Source: Raillietiella orientalis
Taxonomy: Eukaryota
Assembly: GCA_036172245.1 (NCBI GenBank)
Contig: JAYWIR010000142.1
Coordinates: forward strand, 49,083-69,082
DNA: 20,000 nt
Direction: 5' to 3'
The notes below the pieces were generated by a model, which was given only the letters and a program-made list of their open reading frames with translations, searched no databases and was not told the origin of the DNA. Position numbers and translations under genes: made by a program. Each line of letters begins with the position of its first letter. Positions within the stretch are counted from its first letter, which is position 1. Below are positions 11,480-20,000 of this stretch, in pieces.

Positions 11480-12481
11480 ATGAGCAGTGAACAACGCAAC
11501 GTGGAAGTACTCGAGCCTGTGGTTCAGGAACTTCCCGCAGCTGGAGCGATGCCGACACCCCGTGCGAGCCCCGCGCCACCAACCAGGAGCTTTGCGGACG
11601 TGGCTGCATCTGCAGCCGTACAAGGATGCCTCCCCGACCAGGCGGAGATGCAGGCATATGTAGCCCAGGGCTACAAGCCTGCTCTCCGCTACAATGTAAG
11701 TGGAATAGGCAAGGCTGAAGAGGAGTTCGCAGACGAACTCTTCCGTGTGGGAGTGCAAGAAGAGGACCTCATAGCACTCATGCCTGTTCCAGCATCAGGC
11801 TATGTCAAGGTCCGATGCAAGCAGGCTGAGCTTGTGCAGCGGCTCCTCCGCACTCCTTTGACCATTTGCGGAAAAAAAGTTTTTCCCTCCGCGATGGACG
11901 AGTCTTTTGACGTTGTTCTCTTGGACGTAGAGCCGGAGATTAACGACAAAGTGTTGATGGACGCGTTGGTGAATTTCGCCAAAGTTCATGCGGTATGGGG
12001 GAAGGGGAGTTTTTACAAGAAGTTCCCCTCCATCCACACAGGATTTGCTGCGGTTAGGGTAATCGTTCCTAACCGCCGCACGCTGCCTTCCACGCTACAG
12101 ATCAACGGCACGGTCGTTCACCTGTGGTTCGCAGGCAAAACTCTCGCGCGCGAGCAATGCGGCAAAGGGCATCGGGGTAAAGAATGCCCTTCCCCGAAGT
12201 GCCGCTATTGCAAGGAGTCCGGGCACGAAATCAGGAAGTGCCCCGACATAAAGAAAAACAAGGAGGCTGCTAGACTTCGGTGCGTTAAAGAGAGCGCTGA
12301 GGAGAAAGCAGCAGCCTCAAAAAAACGAGGAGACGAGGGAATGCCTGCCAAAAAACGGACAGGAACGTGGCGTTCCAAGAGGTTTTCTCTGCCGCAAAGC
12401 CCCAAAAGGGAAATCGGTCGACAGGGATGGCTATTAAAAAAGGGCGCGAGGGCTGCGCGCGTGCCTTCACTGATCTCATAG
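11480..12481 (+). CDS. L1/Tx1-type ORF1 (gag-like, ZCCHC3-like) zinc-knuckle protein, 'ORF1c', with no downstream ORF2
   Basis: Open frame from the ATG at 11480. N-terminal RSFADVAA motif, an RRM-like segment (HTGFAAVRV...LPSTLQING...LWFAG), a degenerate knuckle (REQCGKGHRGKEC), an intact CX2CX4HX4C knuckle (CRYCKESGHEIRKC) and a basic tail. Confidence 0.8.
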   Translation: MSSEQRNVEVLEPVVQELPAAGAMPTPRASPAPPTRSFADVAASAAVQGCLPDQAEMQAYVAQGYKPALRYNVSGIGKAEEEFADELFRVGVQEEDLIALMPVPASGYVKVRCKQAELVQRLLRTPLTICGKKVFPSAMDESFDVVLLDVEPEINDKVLMDALVNFAKVHAVWGKGSFYKKFPSIHTGFAAVRVIVPNRRTLPSTLQINGTVVHLWFAGKTLAREQCGKGHRGKECPSPKCRYCKESGHEIRKCPDIKKNKEAARLRCVKESAEEKAAASKKRGDEGMPAKKRTGTWRSKRFSLPQSPKREIGRQGWLLKKGARAARVPSLIS

Positions 12482-12824
12482 CGGAATGCGGAGTTACCGC
12501 CCTGAAAATGGGGTCAGTGAAGCCAGTTACACCGGGCGGCATCGCGGTGGGACTGGGGACACGCGGATCACACTTTTGCGACAACCGTCTTCTTGAGAGC
12601 CTTGTCCATTTGGGAGGCTTCAACAGGAACCCTTCCAAAAAGGTGGCTGGAATTCCGGCGAGAAAAGCCGGGGAAAATGGCGGCGAGTTGTTTGAAAACC
12701 CGCCGCTACCAGCCGCATCCTCCCCAACGAGGCAGTTTTCCCCGATTCCCACAAGGGGTGGGGTAATTTCTTGTTCATTCATACTACATTTACATTCACG
12801 CAAGCGAAACTTTTGTTCCGCTTT

Positions 12825-12848
12825 CTTCACTTCACTTCACTTTCACTT
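12825..12848 (-). repeat. (GTGAA)n short tandem repeat, possible 3' tail of the LINE
   Basis: Plus strand CTTCACTTCACTTCACTTTCACTT, about 50 bp past the ORF2 stop. Confidence 0.55.
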
Positions 12849-12894
12849 GGAGAGTCACTTAGGGAAGTTTACCGTGGGTATGCACTTGGGAGGA

Positions 12895-15800
12895 CTACGT
12901 TTGGGTTCTTCCCTGGAAGATACTTTCTATCCTACGTAGGATATACTTGTATGTCCAGGCTAGCACTCTACCGCAGTTTCTTATTTCAATTTCCTTCTGG
13001 ACGAGTCCTTTAAGGATGTCCATGGGGGGTGCGACCGCTCTGGAATTCTTCATCTTCCACCATCGTATCAGGATGGCGGTGATGAAGAGGGCAATGGCTG
13101 TCCTAGCCATCGGGTTGTACAGAGGTACCTTGCTGTCTCCATGAAACATCCGTGCTAGTACTTCCGTCGGGCAGTCCTATGACCCTTTTCAGGGTCTGCC
13201 AGTCCTGGAGGATGGTGGACAGGTTAGGACGTGGAGTCTTATTTCCCGGTCACCACACGCCTTGCATTTTTCGTCTTCCACTTCCCTGTGAAGTGTTGGA
13301 TCCTTGAACCACTCTGGGTTCCTCCATGGAAGGACATCAGGAGGTCATCCTGAGTGTTCGGCGGTAGGTCACTCCTCCATAGCCAACAAGTTGATACTGT
13401 GGCTTCCGTGGCGATCGGCAGCTACTTGGAGGGCACTGATGTCTAGGTTGTCCTCTTTAATGATTTTGCGGAGGTATTTCCTATCTATCCTGAACCACGC
13501 GAAGTTGTTGTGGTTCTTCCACAACTCGTGGGTGCTGTGGGTGTATTTTCCCAACACCATCTTGATGTACCGGAGTATACGAGAATGGTGAAGTATCCTT
13601 CCCTTCTACATTCCTGGATTCTTTTTAGAGTAACTCTGGGCCGCTGGTAGATCCAGGATCTTGTGTAGGGAGGCACACGAAGCATCCAGGGGATCACCAG
13701 GATAGATTCCTCCTTCCAGAGTTCCCTGCTTCGTGGTACGATTTTCAATTGGTGTTTTCGTACCAGCTGTTGTCTTCTTTTCCGGGTGGGATCGATGCTG
13801 TTCCACTCCCCCACTCGGCCTAGCAGCACAGTCATCGTGCCCTTCGAACTGTTCAATAACAATGAATAGGCCCTAGGCGCCGCGTACGGTCAGTCATCCC
13901 AGTGGGCGGCGATCTCCAGGATTTGTCGCGTATCCATGATTTCCACGGAATGTGCAGGAGACTTCATCCCGGTCCCACCTTCCTCCTTGGGACGACATAG
14001 GGGTTTTAGTCTTACTCTTGGACGATAGCTACTCCATAGTATTTTCCATTGCAACTTTCCTACTTCTCTGCAGGTGTTCTTATCCATTCTGCTGAAGGAC
14101 GCCCCAAAGAGTATCTTCGGAAGGATTACTCCATTCCACAGGTTAGCCCTCCGCTTCATGTTGAAATCCGTCCTTGTGTGCTTCGTTGCTTCTTCTGCTG
14201 CCTTCCCCAGGATTCCGGTCCATAGCAGCTTTGACGCTGAGTTGTCGCCGATGTGGACTCCCAGGTACTTGGCGCAGTCCACCATTCGGAATCCTTGCTT
14301 CGTTAGTGAGGAGAGGTCCAGGATTCCGACGGGCAAAAGTTCACTCTTCTGGGCGTTGATTTGCAGTCCCAGTCCTTTCTCCTTCAACTCCACCACATCC
14401 AGGAACGCATACTGATCTCGTTCTTCCTTGATGAAGAAGAGGAGATCGTCCGCTTAAAACAGGTGGGTGAGTTTCTGATCGTCGACCTTGATCCTCGAAG
14501 GCGTCTGCTTCTTTCAATGAACGATGAAAGAGCCTCCATGTAGATAGCAAACAGCATCGGACTTAGCGACTCTCCCTGGCGGACTCCTCGTTCCATCCTG
14601 ATAGCTGCACTTTCTTCTCCATTGATCTTGATACGAAAGTGTTGATCGGCTAGCATCATTCTCACGAAGTTGCTGAAGTGCTCCGGGAGGCCCAGTTTTC
14701 CCAGAATCTTCAGCAACATCGCATGGTCTATGGTATGGAATGCCTTCTCCATGTCGGTGAACACCAGCACCAGGTTCTCGCCGACGTATCGCCTGAGTCC
14801 CACGGTAGCCTGGGCACACTTGACATTCTCCGACATGTGGCGTCCGGGCACCGCGCATGTCTGGACTGGAGAGATTAGCTTCGGCATGACCTTGCCTAAG
14901 CGGTTGGCCCAGATATTTGCCAACCACTTGGCATCGGAGTTGAGGATCGAGATTGGCCTCCATTGGGAAACCTTGGTTAGGTCCCCTCCTTTCAGCAACA
15001 ATCTCATCCTGCTCAGGCTACCTGAGTCCTCGTAGAAGGACTCAGGTAGTCTGCCTTCTTCTCGGATGCACAGGGTTAGCTGGTTGAACAGACGCAGGAA
15101 GGCGTGCAGGTATTGCTGGTGGTGAGAGATGGGAACACTATCAAGGCCTGCGCCACATCCTTGCGTAGTTACGAAAACGCTATCTTCACCTCGTCTTCGG
15201 AGAAATCTCCTTCCAATTTCTTTCGCTGGACTTCATCGATCTTCTCTAAGTGGCCTAGAAAAGCATTTTGTGTCGCCGGGCACGGGCGTTGGTGCCGAAA
15301 GTGTGCCGTGTAATGCCTCTGGAAGGCGTCCACGATCTGCTCCGGCGTGTGACGGCTATGGGCGTCGTAGTGGATGCAGAATATGTCTGTAGCCAGGTTC
15401 TTCTTCTCCAGCACGCCGACTTCTCCTTTTATGTTCTTGAAGACGTAGCGGCTCTCGTACTGGTCCCAGTACTTGGAGAGGGAGCGGTCTTCGATGTTCT
15501 GCTCCCAGTATGCTACCTGCCCCAGTTGCTTGTCCCCGTACTGCATGCTGCAGAAAAGATGGACTCTATGTTTCAGGCTGTCCCAGTCGGCGACTCTTTG
15601 GATGGTGCTGGTCCTCAGAATCGCCTCGATGAGTGCTTGATGCCTGGGAAGCGACTCGAACCAGGTGGGCATGCAGATGAGCGCCGCCCTTGTGTTCTGC
15701 TTTCGCCGAAGATTTTGAGTTCTTAGGGAGAACCGCACCAGCAGGTGATCGGAAAGTGAAGTTGGAGTGTCCCGAAAACCCTGGATGCGGTTCTCTAGCT

Positions 15801-16398
15801 CGTTGCTGTGGAGGACGTGGTCGATCGGCTTGTGGCTGGCTGCTTGCCACCAAAGTCCGAACTTGTCAGACAATCGCCGATACGCCGTCCTTCTTCTTGC
15901 ATCCTGGGAATAGATGATGCCGTCCAGGATATTCAGATCGCCTGCAACGATGACGACGTCCTTGGGTGCGACCTTCTCCCGGAGTGCTGCATGCAACGCC
16001 TCCGCGCACCGATGTTTTTGGATGTGTGGTCCGTGCATGTTTACCAAGAAAAGGTGAACGGTAGCGGACCACGCCAGTCGTACACCAATAATCCGTCCTG
16101 ACATGGGACAGAAGACTTCCAGGATTGTGGGGGCCAGGTTGTTGTTCACCAGCACCGCCACATTTTCGGTGTTCCTCTATTCCTCGCTGACGAACATTTG
16201 CATGTCGAGGTGTCGTTCCATTTTCAAGGTGATCTGATTACCCAGCTCGTGGGTCTCTTGCGGACACACTATGTCTTGATGTGCGATGGTCCGCACGATT
16301 CTCTTCCTTTTCCTCTGGTCGATCAGTCCATTAACGTTCCAGGAGGCGATATTGATGCTCCTGGCGGTGGAAAACGACGAGGCCATAAAGGGGTTCAC
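12895..16398 (-). pseudogene. LINE ORF2 (APE endonuclease, reverse transcriptase, C-terminal CCHC), disrupted
   Basis: APE motifs SWNVNGL, QETH, GDLN, IDHVL and SDH. RT motifs WRPISILNSDAK, DMEKAF, GVRQGESLSP, *ADD, KYLGV and the L1-type PKEEGGTG. CKACGDREIRLHVLTC at 13219-13266. Stops at 16177, 15169, 14454 and 13890, plus several frameshifts. Confidence 0.95.
15014..15053. repeat. Inverted repeat (13-bp perfect stem; 17 bp with one mismatch) inside ORF2
   Basis: CAGG-CTACCTGAGTCCT-CGTAGA-AGGACTCAGGTAG-TCTG. Confidence 0.9.
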
Positions 16399-17877
16399 TT
16401 CTTAGCTTTGCTGAGCTTCTTTTTTCAGGGAGACCGTTGTAGTCTTCCCGACGAAGAAGTGGGCTTCTCACTACCTGCATCGTTCTCCATGCCGGTGGGA
16501 TCGGTAAATTCTTGGTCGTCGATTGACAGGTCGACTTTGACGACCACCTTGCGCGGGAGGGTCTCCACGTTGACCTTCACGCAGTACGCCGCCTTGACTT
16601 CAAAAAGCTCGTTCTCCAGCTTTTCGCGCTCGGAAACCTTTACCAGTCTGTTGGTGCCCTCTTGGGTCTCGCAGATACGAGCCAGGATCTGTTCTTGCTG
16701 CACCGCGGTGGGCTTCTGTCGGACCTCCCCTACCAGCTTCACCACTTCCTCGGTGAGCTGCAGGGCCTTCTGCGTCGCCGGGGTAGGTTCGCTAACTTCC
16801 ATTTGTTCGCCATCTGGCGCCATCCTGCTTCACTGCCATCTGGGAGGGTTTCTGCTCCTTCACGAGCATCCTCCTTTTGTCGCTTTTTTGAGGCTTTACC
16901 ACCTCCGTCAGAACCTTCCGCATATGGGAGAGCCCAAGCATGGTCGGGTAGTTTAAGAACTCCGGACAACATCATCTTGCATGCCCCGAATCCTTGCAAA
17001 AAGAGCACACCTCGGGCATGACGCAGCCACGCACCTGGTGTCCCTGCTTTTCACAGCGGAAGCACCGAGACCTCGGACACGCGCTCATCCTATGTCCGAA
17101 ATTTTTGCAACCAGTACAGGACACCGGTTGTCGCCTATATAGGACGGAGACCTGAGAGTCTCCATCGATGTGCACGATCCCTGGGATCTGCGCCTCCTCT
17201 ACCAATTTGATCTTGGCGATGACATCGCCGGAAAAGATCCTCCCCGAGAAGTTCTGGAATTCCACCTTCAGAACTCCCCCGTACCTCGACAAAAAGGCCA
17301 AAACTGTCTGCAGGATAGTGGTGACGCCGATGCCACTGAGAAAGACGGTCGTGTACGGCATTTTGCCGATACGCGAACCATCCGTTTTTGGATATTGATG
17401 TCCTTTTCGATCAGGGCCTCCCTTATCAGTGTACATCGTGAACCGCGACGTGCTTGGAATGATCGCTTGGATGAGATCGAAATCCACATTCTCCCTATAA
17501 AGTGTCAAGTACACTTCTTTAATGCTGTTATACCGGATTAGTCCGGTTTTGAACGTGATTGGCTCCGATGCCGTCCTGATCCGGACGATCGGCACGTCCA
17601 CGTTTTCTATTTTCCCGCTCTCGGGATTTCCAAATTTGCGCTGGGCATTCGAATGGCCCGCAGCCACCGTCGCGTACGAAATTGACCGCAACGTCGCAGC
17701 CGAGCAAGATGGCGTCTTGACCTGAGAGCTCCCCACCACGTGGCATGCCGTAGGCTTCGCCGGGGGCGCTGCCGCGAGCGCAACCCGCAGCGACGTCGCT
17801 GCTTCGCCATCGCCGCACGATACCTCCATCCCCGTGGAAAACGTCGGTTTCTCCTCCATCGCGTGCTCTGCTTGCAT
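16395..17877 (-). pseudogene. ORF1b, gag-like protein with three CCHC knuckles, disrupted
   Basis: First ATG at 17877 (frame open from 18012). SYATVAA motif; knuckles CTGCKNFGHRMSAC, CFRCEKQGHQVRGC and CSFCKDSGHAR*CC (TGA at 16972). A frameshifted helical C-terminus (16823-16425) and Lys-rich tail end at TGA 16395, abutting ORF2. Confidence 0.88.
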
Positions 17878-18148
17878 CCTGGCGGTGGGTTGATGCAGTC
17901 CAGCCGCCGTTGCTGTGGTACGCAAGCCCTCCACTATGGTTCTGCTGCAGGTGTTGGTAAAAGTTCTCTGCTGCACTGTCCCTAGTGGTTTGTCGCAGAC
18001 ACTGGTTTTCACTTAATCACTTGCCCGCTCAAGGCACGCAAGAATTGCCGCGGCAGTGATGGAACTCACTACCTTGGCGGGGTATTGGGTATGTTTTTTT
18101 CCTCGTCTCAGCAGGATTGTCCCCAAGTCCGACAAGCGGTGCGGTGAA

Positions 18149-18154
18149 TTTATT
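18149..18154 (-). promoter_or_regulatory. Possible polyadenylation signal AATAAA between ORF1a and ORF1b
   Basis: AATAAA on the minus strand about 45 bp after the inferred ORF1a stop, with an ATTAAA just before it. Confidence 0.3.
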
Positions 18155-18197
18155 TTCAACAAACAAAAGCCACGCACTTTAATAACTGTCCCAACTG

Positions 18198-19812
18198 TTA
18201 GTTGGAAGTTCTGCTTTCCTTCTTGGTCTTCTTCGTTTTAGGGGACGATGTCGTCCTCCTGTTATCATCTCGCAGCTAAGCTGTTTCGCTTTCTGAACCG
18301 ATGAAGTCGGTACTGTCGGCGATTGAGTGCGTCGTCTCGCTGGCGGCGCTTTGCGGAGTTGCACGAGGCAGCTGGCAAAGGGATCGTCGAATGTTTCGAG
18401 CCTTCATTCGCAAAATCCTTTCCTTGAGAGCGAGCCGGCGTGCATCATCGAGGACGCACTGGTTGATGGCGGCCTTTACTCGAAAGATTGCCCTGAGGGT
18501 TTCCCTTTCCTTCGTATATGCCTTATTTAACATTACTTCCACTTCTTCTAATTCCGCCATTGCATTGGCAACTTCCACGGACTCCGCTGTTGATGCTTTC
18601 TGCAACGTCTCGACTGGCTCGGCGACTTCCGCCGGCTTTTCCGAGGTAGGTTGGGGTGGCGCCTTTCTTTTCTCCTTGCTCGGCTTTTGCTTCACCTCGG
18701 TGAGCTCTGCCCCTTTCAGGGCAGTCACCTCGGCCGATGGGGCCTTCTGCTCCACTTCTGCTTCCTTAATATCTTCCGTCTGGAGGGAAGGCAGTCCCTA
18801 AGCGTCCCTCCATGCCGCATATCGTCGACATTCCTTCTTCGGATGTCTCGACAGCCAGCAGAAGTAACACATGATAGGCCTCGTGCACGTCTTGTAGGAA
18901 TGCCCTTGCTGCCCGCAACGGTGACAGCGCATCCTGGGGCAAGCGCCGAAGCGATGCTCGAAATTTTTGCAGCCCACACAGAAGGCGGGTTGCTGCCTGT
19001 GACGGATGAGCACGGCATCCGAGAGTGCGTCGATGTGCGCCACTCCCGGGAGTTCAGCCTCGTCGAAAAGCCTGATGCGCGCCCATCCTTCTCCTGAGAA
19101 GATACCCTGCATCTGATTCTGTAGCTCCATGTGCATTACCTCCCCGTATTTGAAGAGGAAATTGTGGACTGCCAGCCTCGACGTGTGGAAGTCTATCCCT
19201 TCCAGGAAGACTGTCGTCGTGAAGAATTCGCTCATTCCACGGAAAATTCTGCCGTTGATCGAAGGTCCGTGCTCGATCAGCGCCTCCATGAGCGGCTCGC
19301 ACGACGTGTAGATCGTGAAGCCAGTGCCGCTCGGGATGATAGCCTGGAAGACGTCGAAGTCGACGTTCCTCTGGTGAAGGGCGATGTAGATGTCCTTCAC
19401 GTTGGCCAACTTCAGGGGTCCGGCCTTGAAGATCACCGGCTTGACCTAAGGCTCCATCGTCATAAACAGCAGATCCTCCTGGTCCAGCACGTAAACTTTC
19501 AAAGCTGCCGAGATTCTTTTTTTTGCCGGGGGCACCCCGGGAAAACCCGAAATTCGTCGAACTTGGGTTCGACTGGAACGACGACGCGGCCGCTGCCGCA
19601 GCCGCGTACGACGGGCGCGGAGCCGCGGGCGTTTCTCCAGGCGTTGCTGCCGGCATCGCTGCCGCGGGCGTCGCCTTGGGAAGTGCAGCGAGCGCTGCAA
19701 GCGCGCGAGCTGCCTGCGGCCTTTTCAACGCGGCCACGAGGGATGCACGTGCCTTTTCCGCTGACGCGGCCGACCGTACCTGCTTTATGACGGAGACGTC
19801 CATCGCCTCCAT
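18198..19812 (-). pseudogene. ORF1a, gag-like protein with three CCHC knuckles, disrupted
   Basis: ATG at 19812; Ala/Pro-rich N-terminus with PSYAAAA; frameshift at the A8 run 19517-19524; in-frame TAGs at 19446, 18798 and 18276. Knuckles CVGCKNFEHRFGAC, CHRCGQQGHSYKTC and CYFCWLSRHPKKEC, then a helical region and basic tail. Confidence 0.88.
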
Positions 19813-20000
19813 TTTCACCTGCCGGTGCGAGTCCACTCGGGCAATGTCCTCCTCCGCACGCTGGTTGGTCGGGGGAGGTTTACACTTCGTCCGTGTCCAA
19901 CTTCCCACTCCACACTCACGAAAACACTCTTATATTTAAAACTTTTGCAGGAGTCCGCGCGAACGCAGTCTCAAAGCCTAAAAATGATGCTCCCTCCTCT

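Larger units (their letters stand above)
12825..19980 (-). mobile_element. Decayed L1/Tx1-clade non-LTR retrotransposon, ORF1a-ORF1b-ORF2
   Basis: Co-oriented zinc-knuckle ORF1s followed by APE, RT and C-terminal CCHC domains. Boundaries are approximate and the 5' end may lie outside the window. Confidence 0.85.

Noticed and set aside
10403..12580. 12-bp inverted repeat CGCAAAAGTGTG / CACACTTTTGCG as transposon termini
   Set aside because: Several 12-mer matches are expected by chance in 20 kb; no TSD or transposase is associated.
16177..19448. Repeated in-frame TAG codons as stop-codon reassignment
   Set aside because: TGA and TAA stops and frameshifts also interrupt the same ORFs, which fits ordinary decay.
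19517..19524. Programmed ribosomal frameshift at the A8 run in ORF1a
   Set aside because: The element carries many random lesions, so a homopolymer indel is the simpler explanation.

Overview
Eukaryotic, probably animal, repeat-rich DNA; no prokaryotic genes were recognised. In 1-10.4 kb I found no identifiable coding sequence, and the main structure is a perfect 37-bp palindrome at 8317-8353. The right half is a retroelement cluster with three parts. (i) A ~890-bp tRNA-headed, poly(A)-tailed SINE-like insertion (10414-11304) with an 8-bp target-site duplication and an internal array of about 12 degenerate stem-loops. (ii) An uninterrupted plus-strand ORF1/gag-like zinc-knuckle gene (11480-12481) with no ORF2 behind it. 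(iii) Converging on it, a decayed minus-strand L1/Tx1-clade LINE whose ORF2 (APE endonuclease, RT, CCHC; 16398-12895) is preceded by two tandem paralogous ORF1 genes. A similar short motif lies exactly 164 bp upstream of the first ATG of both outermost ORF1s, so the three-ORF1 convergent arrangement may be one unit. All homology calls were made by eye from remembered motifs; no searches were run.
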